A stretch of 63,915 nucleotides of DNA, the filler included, from Thermoplasmatota archaeon (lineage in GTDB: Archaea; Thermoplasmatota; E2; JACPAO01; JAHFTW01), in NCBI GenBank assembly GCA_041623215.1. It is 15 parts of 15 records of this genome, joined end to end, with 100 filler letters (N's around TTAATTAATTAA, not from the genome) between each part and the next. Parts side by side here need not be neighbours in the genome. Positions count along the whole stretch, not along the records: positions 27,275 to 31,550 come from JBFJXH010000153.1; positions 31,651 to 35,909 come from JBFJXH010000154.1; positions 36,010 to 40,267 come from JBFJXH010000155.1; 12 more parts are not named here. One strand, 5' to 3'. Below are positions 27,770 to 37,439 of the stretch, in pieces. Position 1 is the first letter of the stretch, and each line of letters opens with the position of its first letter. The position numbers and the translations under genes were made by a program. The notes under the pieces were generated by a model, which saw nothing but the letters and a program-made list of their open reading frames with translations, did no database searches and was not told the DNA's origin.

Positions 27770-30700
27770 ATGCGCGAACTAGTCGACGCGTTCTACGATG
27801 AACGCTCTATCGTCAACCACCACCTGGCCAGCTACAATGACTTCTTGCAACACCGGTTGCAACACGTCATTGACAACATCCGCATCGGCGACGACGAAAC
27901 CGCCGAACGCGGCACGGTTCAGACCGACATCGAAGGCTACCAAATCAAGCTCGGCAAGATCAGCGTCGGGCGCCCGGTCGTCAAGGAGGCCGACGGCAGC
28001 CTGCGGCCCTTGACCCCAATGGAAGCCCGGCTTCGTAACCTCACCTACCAAGCCCCGCTCCACCTGGAGTTCATCCCCGTCATCGACGGCATTGAACACG
28101 AGGCGGAGACCGTCAACATCGGCCGCCTCCCCGTCATGGTGGGCAGCCTCCACTGCAACCTGAACCGCAAGGTGCTCTCCGAAGTCGAAGGCCACGAATT
28201 GGGCGACGACGAGCACCGCGACAAACTGGTTGAACTGCAGGAAGACGCCCTCGACCCGGGTGGATATTTCATCAGTAACGGCACCGAGCGCGTCCTCATC
28301 ACGCTCGAAGACCTGGCACCGAACCGCGTGCTGGTCGAGAAGGCCAGCCGCTACGGCAGCGATGTCGAAATCAGCAAGGTGTTCAGCCAACACGAAGGCT
28401 ACCGTGCCCTCGTCGTTGTCGAGCGCAAGAAGGACGGCAACCTCATGGTTACCGTGCCCTCCGCATCCGGCCAAATCCCACTCATCATCCTGCTTCGCGC
28501 CCTTGGCATGGAGTCGGACGAAGAAATCGTCCACGCCATTCAGACGCACGACTCCATGGAGCCGCTCATTTTCGGCAACATCGAGTCCACGGCTGATGAA
28601 TACGGTGTCATGAGCCGCGAAGACGCCATCACCTACCTAGGCAAGCGCCTAGCCGGTGGCCAAGCCCGTGAATACCGAGTCAAGCGCGTCGAGGCCCTGA
28701 TGGACCGCAACCTCCTGCCTCACCTTGGTCAGGAACCGGAAGACCGCATTACCAAAGCCATCTTCCTTGCGCGCATGGGTCAAGCAGTGTTCGAACTCTT
28801 CTTGGGCCTGCGGGAAACCGACGACAAGGACCACTACGCCAACAAGCGCCTGAAGCTGGCTGGCGACTTGATGGAGGACCTCTTCCGCGTCGCCTTCATG
28901 GCCCTGTGCAAGGACCTGAAGTACCAACTGGAGCGCGCCCACGCGCGCAACCGTGACGTCAAGATTCAGACGGCGGTTCGCGCCGACGTTCTGAGCCAAC
29001 GCATCCTGCACAGCCTCGCAACCGGCAACTGGGTTTCCGGCCGTGCTGGTGTGAGCCAACTTCTGGACCGGACCTCCAACCTGGCGGCCCTGTCCCACAT
29101 GCGCCGCGTTACCAGCCCCCTCACCCGCAGCCAGCCTCACTTCGAGGCGCGCGACTTGCACTCGACGCAGTGGGGCCGCTTGTGCCCCAACGAAACTCCT
29201 GAAGGGCCCAACTGTGGCCTGGTGAAGAACCTCAGTCTCTGCGTTGAAATTTCCGAGGGCTTCCCGGAGCGCGAAGTAGAACGCGTCCTTCGAGACTTCG
29301 GAATCCGCCCGGTCGAACGCGACGCCCCCGGCGCCCTGGTATACATCAACGGTGACTTGGTTGGCCTGCACGACGACGCGGCCGACCTGACGCGGCGCAT
29401 CAAGGAGCGCCGCCGCGCCGGCCTTCTGAGCAACGAAGTCAACGTCCACTATGAGGAGGAGACCAAGAGTGTCTACCTCAACTGTGACGCTGGCCGCGTT
29501 CGCCGCCCGCTCATCGTTTCGGAAAAAGGCAAGCTCCGCTACACGGCGGACCACGAGAAGGACATCGCCGCCGGCCGCATGGTCTGGGGCGACCTCATCA
29601 ACGAAGGCATCATCGAATACATCGACGCCGAGGAGGAAGAGAACCTCTTCGTGGCTGTGAGCCCCGAGTCGGTGACCAAGGAGCACACGCACTGCGAAAT
29701 TGACCCCATGGTCATTCTCGGCATTGGCTCCAGCTTGGTGCCGTACCCCGAACACAACTCCAGTCCCCGCATTACGATGGGCGCGGGCATGGGTAAGCAG
29801 TCACTCGGCTTCGGTGACTCCAACTACCGCATCCGCCCCGACACCCGTGGGCACTTGCTGCACTACCCCCAGATGCCGATGGTGCAAAACCACGCCTCGA
29901 AGTACATCAACTTCAACGAGCGCCCGGCCGGCCAGAACTTCGTCGTCGCCGTGATGAGTTTCCACGGCTACAACATGGAGGACGCCATCGTCATGAGCAA
30001 GGCCAGCATTGACCGCGGCCTTGGACGCAGCAGCTTCTTCCGCACCTACGCGGCCGAAGAACGCCGCTACCCCGGTGGCCAGGAAGATCGCTTCGAGCGC
30101 CCTGACCCTGAATGCCGTGGTGTTCGCCCCGAAGAAATGTACCGCGACATCGGCGACGACGGGCTCATCATGCCCGAGCGCGACGTTGTTGGCGGCGACG
30201 TGCTCATCGGCAAAACGAGTCCTCCTCGTTTCCTGGAGGAACCGACCGACTTCCTGACGCCCCAGAAGCGCCGCGAGACCAGCATCACGGTCCGCCATGG
30301 CGAGAAGGGCTTCGTGGACACCGTCATGCTGACGGAGTCGGTGAATGGTTCCCGCATGGTCAAGATCAAGGTGCGCGACCAGCGCATTCCCGAACTTGGA
30401 GACAAATTCGCATCCAAGCACGGTCAGAAGGGTGTGCTCGGCCTCATCGTTCCCCAAGAAGGTATGCCCTTCGATGAAGAGGGGTTGACCCCGGACATTG
30501 TCGTCAACCCGCACGCCATTCCCAGCCGCATGACCGTGGCTCACGTGTTGGAGATGATTGGTGGCCTAGTTGGCCCCATGGAAGGCCGCTTCATTGATGG
30601 CACGGCCTTCAGCAGTGAAGACTCGGAAGAGCTTCTGCGCTCCGCCATGCTGGCCAACGGCTTCAAGCACAACGGCAAGCGCCGCCTGCACGATGGCCAA

Positions 30701-31135
30701 ACCGGCCGTATGTTCGAGGCCGACATCTTCGTCGGCTGCATCTACTACCAAAAGCTCCACCACATGGTGAGCGGCAAGATTCACGCCCGGTCCCGTGGGC
30801 CGGTGCAGATTCTGACCCGCCAACCGACGGAAGGTCGTGCCCGCGATGGTGGTCTTCGGTTTGGTGAGATGGAACGTGACGCGTTGATTGGTCACGGCGG
30901 CGCCATGGTCATCAAGGACCGCTTGCTGGACGAGTCGGACCGCACGGTCCAATATGTGGACGCCAAGAGTGGCTTCATCGGCATGCTGGACCGCCGCGGC
31001 TTCTTCCGCAGTCTCAGCAGCGGTGAGGACGCCGACATCCACCCCGTGGAGATGAGTTACGCATACAAACTTCTCATGGAGGAGCTGCAGGCCTTGATGG
31101 TCGCGCCCCGCATGCGCCTGGAGGCGGTCGCTTGA
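27770..31135 (+). CDS. rpoB: DNA-directed RNA polymerase subunit B (Rpo2), single unsplit chain
   Basis: 1121 aa; GGYFISNGTE, ETPEGPNCGL, GDKFASKHGQKG and GGLRFGEMERD. Confidence 0.98.
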   Translation: MRELVDAFYDERSIVNHHLASYNDFLQHRLQHVIDNIRIGDDETAERGTVQTDIEGYQIKLGKISVGRPVVKEADGSLRPLTPMEARLRNLTYQAPLHLEFIPVIDGIEHEAETVNIGRLPVMVGSLHCNLNRKVLSEVEGHELGDDEHRDKLVELQEDALDPGGYFISNGTERVLITLEDLAPNRVLVEKASRYGSDVEISKVFSQHEGYRALVVVERKKDGNLMVTVPSASGQIPLIILLRALGMESDEEIVHAIQTHDSMEPLIFGNIESTADEYGVMSREDAITYLGKRLAGGQAREYRVKRVEALMDRNLLPHLGQEPEDRITKAIFLARMGQAVFELFLGLRETDDKDHYANKRLKLAGDLMEDLFRVAFMALCKDLKYQLERAHARNRDVKIQTAVRADVLSQRILHSLATGNWVSGRAGVSQLLDRTSNLAALSHMRRVTSPLTRSQPHFEARDLHSTQWGRLCPNETPEGPNCGLVKNLSLCVEISEGFPEREVERVLRDFGIRPVERDAPGALVYINGDLVGLHDDAADLTRRIKERRRAGLLSNEVNVHYEEETKSVYLNCDAGRVRRPLIVSEKGKLRYTADHEKDIAAGRMVWGDLINEGIIEYIDAEEEENLFVAVSPESVTKEHTHCEIDPMVILGIGSSLVPYPEHNSSPRITMGAGMGKQSLGFGDSNYRIRPDTRGHLLHYPQMPMVQNHASKYINFNERPAGQNFVVAVMSFHGYNMEDAIVMSKASIDRGLGRSSFFRTYAAEERRYPGGQEDRFERPDPECRGVRPEEMYRDIGDDGLIMPERDVVGGDVLIGKTSPPRFLEEPTDFLTPQKRRETSITVRHGEKGFVDTVMLTESVNGSRMVKIKVRDQRIPELGDKFASKHGQKGVLGLIVPQEGMPFDEEGLTPDIVVNPHAIPSRMTVAHVLEMIGGLVGPMEGRFIDGTAFSSEDSEELLRSAMLANGFKHNGKRRLHDGQTGRMFEADIFVGCIYYQKLHHMVSGKIHARSRGPVQILTRQPTEGRARDGGLRFGEMERDALIGHGGAMVIKDRLLDESDRTVQYVDAKSGFIGMLDRRGFFRSLSSGEDADIHPVEMSYAYKLLMEELQALMVAPRMRLEAVA

Positions 31136-31550
31136 TTACCAACCAACCTAAGAAAATCGGCTACATGGAGTTCGGTCTCCTGAGCCCCAAGGAGGTCCGC
31201 GGCCTCAGCGCCACGAAGATCATCACCGCCGACACGTACGACGATGACGGGTTCCCTATCGAAATGGGTCTCATGGATCCCCGCCTTGGTGTCATTGAAC
31301 CGGGCCTGCGCTGCAAGACCTGCGGCCAAAAAGTGGGCGACTGCCCTGGCCACTTTGGTCACATTGACCTCGCCATGCCGGTCGTTCACGTAGGCTTCGT
31401 CAAGACCATTCGCGACATCCTGCGTGCAACCGACCGCTTCACGGGACGCGTACTCTTGACCGAGCGCGGTCGCGAAGAATACGAAAAGGAATTCCAGCAG
31501 CGCGTCGTGGAAGGCCGGGAAACCCAGAGCCTCACTAAGCGGCTCGTCAA
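31132..31550 (+). CDS. rpoA1: DNA-directed RNA polymerase subunit A' (Rpo1N), 3'-truncated
   Basis: GLMDPRLG, CKTCG...CPGHFGHIDL; TTG start overlapping the rpoB stop. Confidence 0.96.
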
Positions 31551-31650
31551 NNNNNNNNNNNNNNNNNNNNNNNNNNNNNNNNNNNNNNNNNNNNTTAATT
31601 AATTAANNNNNNNNNNNNNNNNNNNNNNNNNNNNNNNNNNNNNNNNNNNN

Positions 31651-32475
31651 CAGGGTGACGTCGGCGGGCACCACGGTACCTTGTTGCCGAATGCGAACGC
31701 GCAGCGCAAAGAAGGTTGCCGCCGCAAAGAGCGCCACGACGCCTGGATGCAGGAAGCGAATGACGAGGCGCCACTCGACGATGGCCAGAAGTGTGTAGAG
31801 ACCCACGAAGGCCGCCATCACCCACCACAGTCGTGCCACGGCAGCATCCAGATCTCGCTCCCGTGCGACGCCCGCCAGATGTACCCCCAGCATGATGCTG
31901 ACGACACCACCCGCGGCAAACAGGAGGTAAATGGGTGGCGTGATGAAGAAGTATTCCAGCGGCTTGGCAAACAGGTGCGTGTCTTGCATTACGTGGAAGA
32001 TGGCACCGGCCACCACCCAGGTTGTGGCGGCGACGATTAGCGTATTATCCATGGCTACGCGTTGTCGCCGCAGCATTTGCGCCAAGCCAAACAAACACAC
32101 AGCGAGTAGGACGACCCAACTGAGGGTGTTGACGATATTGTACCCGGGCTCGGCAATCACACCGTTATGTTCCAAGGCCCGACGAGCGGCATCGGCCTTG
32201 ATGGGGCCCCAGTAGTATTGCCAGACGAATCGGTCGTAGAAGAGGGACGGCCGAATTTGCGTGAGCACGGCCAGAAGCGCGGGGACCCCAAGCAGAATCG
32301 CCGGGGTTGTCCACCACGGCGCCGTATCGAGAATGTTGGGCTCTTCGGTGGATTCGGCGGGTGATTCACCTCCAGGCGCGTCATCGGGCGACCCGTCAGC
32401 CAGGGGGGCCTCAGGCGCATCATGAGCGTCGACCTCGGTGGCCGTGGCGTTGGTGGGTTCGTCGGCGGGGGACAT
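31651..32475 (-). CDS. DUF63-family archaeal membrane protein, 3'-truncated
   Basis: YYWGPI...PGYNIVNTLSW and FITPPIY; multi-TM. Confidence 0.75.
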
Positions 32476-32487
32476 GATATCGGGGGG

Positions 32488-33792
32488 CTACAATGTGCGG
32501 CTGGCGAACCACAGGAGGTAGATGCCTGCTGCGACCATGAGGCCGGCACTTATCTTCGTTATGACCGGCGTGCGGGACAATAACTTGCGAAGGAGCGTCT
32601 CGCGACTGCTGGCAACAAGCACAGCTGCCAATACGACGAGGCCCGCTACGGCCGCCGTGTAGAGCGCGAAAGCGGTGGCGCCGATGGCCGGGCCTTGCAG
32701 GAAGGCCTGGAACAAAATGGGGATGAAGACAGGGCCGGTGCAGCCGAAGGCGGCCGTGCCGTAGCCGACGCCGAAGGCGAAGAAGCCTTTCCGGCCATCT
32801 GCGGCAATGCCGATGCGCCGCGTCAGCCATTCCCAGTCGAAGCCCGCAAACATGGCAATGCCGAGGCCCAGTAGCGCCACGGCTACGATGGGGTTCAGGA
32901 AACGAACGTATGGGCGCAGGGATTCGCCCGCCACAAGCAGCAAAACCGCGATGAATGCATACACCGCGACAATCCCCGCAGCAGTGGTGAGCCCCCCGAG
33001 CACCGCCCGCCCCACGGGGCTTGCCCGCGTGTGGGGGCTATGGGCACCCGTGGCGGCGCGCGGCTCCGCCCCGGAATCTAATCCCGCCGCTAGTGTAGAT
33101 GCGGAGTTTGCGGCGGGTTGTGCACTCCCCGCCTGTAACAGGAAACCAAAGTAAGCCGGCAGCAGCCCGACGCTGCACGGCGTGAAAATGCTCGACAGTC
33201 CGGCAAGCAAGGCCAAGCCCAGGATTCCAACCGTTAGGAACGACACGGCGGACGCCTCATCCACAACGGCCGCTTGGACGACCGCATCAACAGATTCGTG
33301 GCTAGGCACACCAATCCAATTGCCTACGATGACGCCATCCCGGTCGATGACCACGACGCGCGGCAACTCGCGCGCTGCGTATTTGGTCAGCACATCGTCG
33401 CTATCCAGCGCGTGCCTCCAAGTGACATTTTCTTCCTTCTGCAAGCCAATCAAGTCTTCGACGGTTTCGCCTCCGCGGCCGACCCATACGTCAACCGACA
33501 AGACGACAACGTCGCTTCGATTGTAAGAGGCATCAATGGGCCGAAGGACATGGTCCGTGACGATGCGACAGCTTACGCACGTGACGCCCATGAGGTCTAG
33601 CACGACCACCTGACCGTGGTAGTCATCGAGCGTGAAGTTAACGGGCGACCCTTGCACTCCGTCCTCAAAGCCGGTGCTCGTGAGGGCGAATGGTGGCGCG
33701 TCACCCGTCGTTTGTTGGCCTTGCAGCCACCATGCCCCCGACGCGGCAAGGAAAAGGATGGCCAGGGCTACGGCAATCGTGGTTCGCTTCAT
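32488..33792 (-). CDS. Fusion of a TlpA-like thioredoxin domain and a CcdA/DsbD-beta membrane domain
   Basis: N-terminal anchor, APPFAL...VVVLDLMGVTCVSC...VIDRDG, then FTPCSVGLLPAY and FGCTGP in a 6-TM domain. Confidence 0.88.
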   Translation of the reverse strand: MKRTTIAVALAILFLAASGAWWLQGQQTTGDAPPFALTSTGFEDGVQGSPVNFTLDDYHGQVVVLDLMGVTCVSCRIVTDHVLRPIDASYNRSDVVVLSVDVWVGRGGETVEDLIGLQKEENVTWRHALDSDDVLTKYAARELPRVVVIDRDGVIVGNWIGVPSHESVDAVVQAAVVDEASAVSFLTVGILGLALLAGLSSIFTPCSVGLLPAYFGFLLQAGSAQPAANSASTLAAGLDSGAEPRAATGAHSPHTRASPVGRAVLGGLTTAAGIVAVYAFIAVLLLVAGESLRPYVRFLNPIVAVALLGLGIAMFAGFDWEWLTRRIGIAADGRKGFFAFGVGYGTAAFGCTGPVFIPILFQAFLQGPAIGATAFALYTAAVAGLVVLAAVLVASSRETLLRKLLSRTPVITKISAGLMVAAGIYLLWFASRTL

Positions 33793-34532
33793 CCACCGCC
33801 GCCCCCAGACTCACTGCGCCTCAAGCGGACACCCACCGCAGTGACCGCCAGCGCAACCGCGATGGCTGCAACGCCAGCAGTTGGTAGGCCTTTGCCGCCT
33901 TCGCCCACGTTGCCCGAGGCCGGCGCGATGACGAAGGCCAAGTAGTGGCTCTCAGCGCACGCCTGCCAATCCGCGTCGCACGCTGCGCTTGACAAATTCA
34001 TGCCGTGGGGAAAGAACACTTCGTCGCCATCAATGGTTAAGATCCACTGGACGCCGACGCGCCAGCCAGCTTCGTAGAAGATTGGCTCGTCGTACACGAC
34101 GTCCCGATAATCCGTCGTGTTGAATGTCCATGACTGGCCATCAGCGGAGCTTTGATTGGCCGGCGTCGGCGGGGCAAAACAGGCGCTACCCACGCGGCAG
34201 ATTTGGTACTGAGCAGACGTCACATTGGCGGCAGCATCGAAGCGGATGAAGCCCGACCACTGGGTGCCGGCAGGCACCACGTTTGGAGTATGGCCGGCGG
34301 CCAGCAGCAGGTCGTTGCCTTGCTCCTCGTGCCAGACCGCGGCGGCGTCCGATTCCGGTATTGCCTGCACGGATCCCACCGCCAGCAAAGCCACGGTTAC
34401 GCTCAGGGAAATGAACCAGATTGCCGGCGCGGGCCGCGACCGGATGGGTCGCTGCCCACGGCTGGGCCCTGCCCGCGTGGGGAGGCCGACCTGGACGCTG
34501 CGCCCGTTGACCTGCCTGGCTGCCCTCTTCAC
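33789..34532 (-). CDS. Secreted protein with C-terminal sorting-signal-like tail
   Basis: Signal peptide ending VQA, two Cys pairs, and tail GKGLPTAG + hydrophobic helix + RLRR; overlaps the next start codon. Confidence 0.7.
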   Translation of the reverse strand: MKRAARQVNGRSVQVGLPTRAGPSRGQRPIRSRPAPAIWFISLSVTVALLAVGSVQAIPESDAAAVWHEEQGNDLLLAAGHTPNVVPAGTQWSGFIRFDAAANVTSAQYQICRVGSACFAPPTPANQSSADGQSWTFNTTDYRDVVYDEPIFYEAGWRVGVQWILTIDGDEVFFPHGMNLSSAACDADWQACAESHYLAFVIAPASGNVGEGGKGLPTAGVAAIAVALAVTAVGVRLRRSESGGGGG

Positions 34533-34607
34533 AATCCATCTTCATCGCGCCCAAGCCATAACGCTTGGTGTTTGCGACCTCATATATGGCCGCGGCCTCC
34601 TTGGAGC

Positions 34608-35546
34608 GTGCAGGCGACCCGAGTCGCGCATCTGACCATGGGCGTACTGGTCCTCATTTGGGGCACCGCCTTTGCCGCTCTACGCGAACTCTCGGCCGTC
34701 TTGGACCCTTACCAGTTGACGTGGTTCCGGTACTTGCCGATGCTGCTCGCCTATCCGGTGTGGATTGCCCTGCGACGGCGTCCCCAATTGACGATGCTCG
34801 GGGCCCGGGGTTGGGCGGCCATGGGGGGTTTGGGTATTTTGGGCGTGGCTGGCTATCATCTGCCCTTCAATTGGGCGATTCAGCCACGCGGCGACGAACC
34901 AGGGGCTTCCGCAGCTATTGCAGCGATTCTCGTTGCCACGGCGCCCTTGTGGGCCTTGCTGTGGTCGGTCCTGCTGCGCAAGGAACAATTCAGCGCCAAG
35001 CGTGGCCTCGGGTTTGCCATCGCATTCCTAGGCGTCGTCGTCGTGGTCATGTGGGGACGGGGCGCCGTGGATGTTTCCCTCGCCAAACGGGCCCTCGTGC
35101 TGCTCATTGCACCGGCATCGTGGACGCTTTACTCGGTGCTTGCCAAACCCTTCATTGAACGGATTGGAGGCCTCACGGTGACCGGGCTAACCATGGCCAT
35201 GGGAGCGCTCATGTTTGCTCCGTGGCAAGCGCCCGCCGGGGTGAGCCCGCTAGCCGCCTTCACGCCGCGCTTGTGGCTTTGGCTCGCCTTCGTTGCCGTG
35301 CTCGCCACGGCCGCCGGATACGCGATGTGGAATAGTGCCCTTCGCCACCTGCCAGCGACCAGTGTCGCGTCCTACATCTACCTGATTCCGGTGGTTGCGA
35401 CCACGACCGGGTATCTGCTTCTGGGCGAAACTGTAACGCCGTGGTTCCTGGCCGGGGCCGCCCTCATCATTGGCGGCGTCTGGTGGGTCAACCGGACCCC
35501 TGCCTCGCCGGCGCAAGCAGTGGATGCATCGGCGGGCACCTCATAA
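34608..35546 (+). CDS. DMT/EamA family transporter
   Basis: LIWG, RY and LLGE motifs, 10 TM; TATA-like CATATATG at about 34581. Confidence 0.92.
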   Translation: MQATRVAHLTMGVLVLIWGTAFAALRELSAVLDPYQLTWFRYLPMLLAYPVWIALRRRPQLTMLGARGWAAMGGLGILGVAGYHLPFNWAIQPRGDEPGASAAIAAILVATAPLWALLWSVLLRKEQFSAKRGLGFAIAFLGVVVVVMWGRGAVDVSLAKRALVLLIAPASWTLYSVLAKPFIERIGGLTVTGLTMAMGALMFAPWQAPAGVSPLAAFTPRLWLWLAFVAVLATAAGYAMWNSALRHLPATSVASYIYLIPVVATTTGYLLLGETVTPWFLAGAALIIGGVWWVNRTPASPAQAVDASAGTS

Positions 35547-35568
35547 GGCCGCAGCAGGTCGCAAGGCC

Positions 35569-35909
35569 GTGACTGTGCCCACGCTCGCGGATATCCAGGC
35601 GGCCCACGCGGCCATTCAGGACCGAATCCGCGACACACCCATGAAGCGCAGCGCACACTTGAGCCGCTTGACAGGCGGCGACATTCATCTCAAGTTGGAA
35701 TGTTTCCAGCGTACCGGCTCCTTCAAGGTCCGGGGCGCTCTGTGGAAAGTCGCCAATCTGAGTGCCCAAGAACGAGCGGCCGGCGTCGTAGCTGCCTCGG
35801 CAGGAAACCACGCCCAAGGCGTGGCCTTCGCCGCCACAGCAGCAGGCGTAGCCAGCGATGTGTTCATGCCCGAGGGGGCGACCCTGGCCAAAGCCAAGGC
35901 AACGGCCGC
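35569..35909 (+). CDS. ilvA: Threonine/serine dehydratase (PLP fold II), 3'-truncated
   Basis: LKLECFQRTGSFKVRGA and ASAGNHAQGVA. Confidence 0.88.
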
Positions 35910-36052
35910 NNNNNNNNNNNNNNNNNNNNNNNNNNNNNNNNNNNNNNNNNNNNTTAATTAATTAANNNNNNNNNNNNNNNNNNNNNNNNNNNNNNNNNNN
36001 NNNNNNNNNGTCAAGGCGCGCAGCCTAAGAGCGGTCGATTGGTCGCCGCCGC

Positions 36053-37438
36053 ATGGCCGGTGGCCCAGAACCGATTCTTTGGCAGATTCTCGTCATCATC
36101 CTCGGCGCCAAGCTTGGCGGCGAAGCCGCGGAGCGTCTCAAACAACCAGCTGTGCTCGGTGAATTGCTGGTCGGTGTCGTGTTAGGCGCCGGTCTGCTAG
36201 GCGGCTACATTGGCATGCCTGACTTTGCCATCCAACAGGAGGGGGCGCATTTACTGGACGAGGCCCATGATGGTCACCTGGACGGTCTGGCCGACTTCTT
36301 TGCTCACGATGGCGAGACGTTCATCAACCTAGAGATCCTTGCACTTCTGGCAACCATCGGCGTCATTCTCTTACTCTTCGAGGTCGGCCTTGAATCAGAT
36401 GTCAAGGAACTAACGAAGGTCGGGGCGAGCAGCCTGCTGGTTGCCATTATCGGCATCGTAGGCAGCATGGCCGTTGGCTATGCCTTCAGCTGGGGCCTTG
36501 GGCAACTGTGGCCCACGTGGGCACCGATGATGGGCATTCCACCGTACCTGTTGCACTTGTTTGTGGGTGCCACGTTGGCCGCGACCAGCGTGGGGATTAC
36601 AGCCCGCGTCCTCGGGGACATGGGCAAATTAGCTAGCAACGAAACCAAAATTATCCTTGGCGCAGCGGTCTTGGACGACATTGGTGGGCTCATCATCCTA
36701 GCCATCGTCGCAGCCCTCGTGGATGCCGCTGTCAGCGGGCAAGCGGTGGACGCCCTTGCCCTCGGCCTGATTGCAGCTAAGGCAGTGGGCTTCCTCGTAG
36801 TCAGTCTCTTTCTTGGCCTGAAGTTCGTGCCACGCGCCTACGACTGGCTCGTGGACTCCTTCAAGGTGAAGGGCTTCCCCGTGGCATTGGCCATCGTCTT
36901 TGCCCTTCTCATGGCCTACCTGGCAAGCGTGGCGGGCCTGGCAGACATCGTTGGCGCGTTTGCCGGCGGCCTCATCCTTGCTCAAACCAAGGCAGCCCAT
37001 CGCATCTTCGAGGAGTTGCGACCCATTGCGGCCATCTTCGTGAGCTTCTTCTTTGTCACGCTCGGCATGAAGGTGGACCTGCGTGCCATGGAAGGAAACA
37101 CGTTGGCGGTGCTGCTCATTGGCGTGGTCCTAACGGCTCTGGCCATGGCGGCTAAACTGGCCTGCGGCTGGGGCGTGCTCAAGGACGCCAAAGCCAGCAA
37201 GCTAGTGGTTGGCGTGGGCATGGCACCGCGTGGCGAAGTTGGCCTCATCTTCGCTGTGCTCGGTTTGTCAACTGGACTGATTAGCAACTGGCAATACACC
37301 GCCGTCATCATCGTAGTCATGCTGACAACGTTCGTCACGCCCATTTGGCTAGGGCGCCTCAAGGACTCGTTCGTTGGGGCCGAAGACGGTCGGGAAGGCG
37401 TCAAGGCAGAAGATGCGAGCCGCATCCTCGAGGCCTAA
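36053..37438 (+). CDS. Cation:proton antiporter (CPA2, NapA-like)
   Basis: QPAVLGEL, LFEVGLE, ATSVGIT, GAAVLDD and PRGEVGL. Confidence 0.93.
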   Translation: MAGGPEPILWQILVIILGAKLGGEAAERLKQPAVLGELLVGVVLGAGLLGGYIGMPDFAIQQEGAHLLDEAHDGHLDGLADFFAHDGETFINLEILALLATIGVILLLFEVGLESDVKELTKVGASSLLVAIIGIVGSMAVGYAFSWGLGQLWPTWAPMMGIPPYLLHLFVGATLAATSVGITARVLGDMGKLASNETKIILGAAVLDDIGGLIILAIVAALVDAAVSGQAVDALALGLIAAKAVGFLVVSLFLGLKFVPRAYDWLVDSFKVKGFPVALAIVFALLMAYLASVAGLADIVGAFAGGLILAQTKAAHRIFEELRPIAAIFVSFFFVTLGMKVDLRAMEGNTLAVLLIGVVLTALAMAAKLACGWGVLKDAKASKLVVGVGMAPRGEVGLIFAVLGLSTGLISNWQYTAVIIVVMLTTFVTPIWLGRLKDSFVGAEDGREGVKAEDASRILEA

Positions 37439-37439
37439 C

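Noticed and set aside
28649..29755. Long antisense ORFs (also 19222-20490, 42014-43462, 44916-45926, 46050-47324)
   Set aside because: Shadow frames opposite well-conserved genes, expected in high-GC DNA with strong codon bias; no protein motifs.
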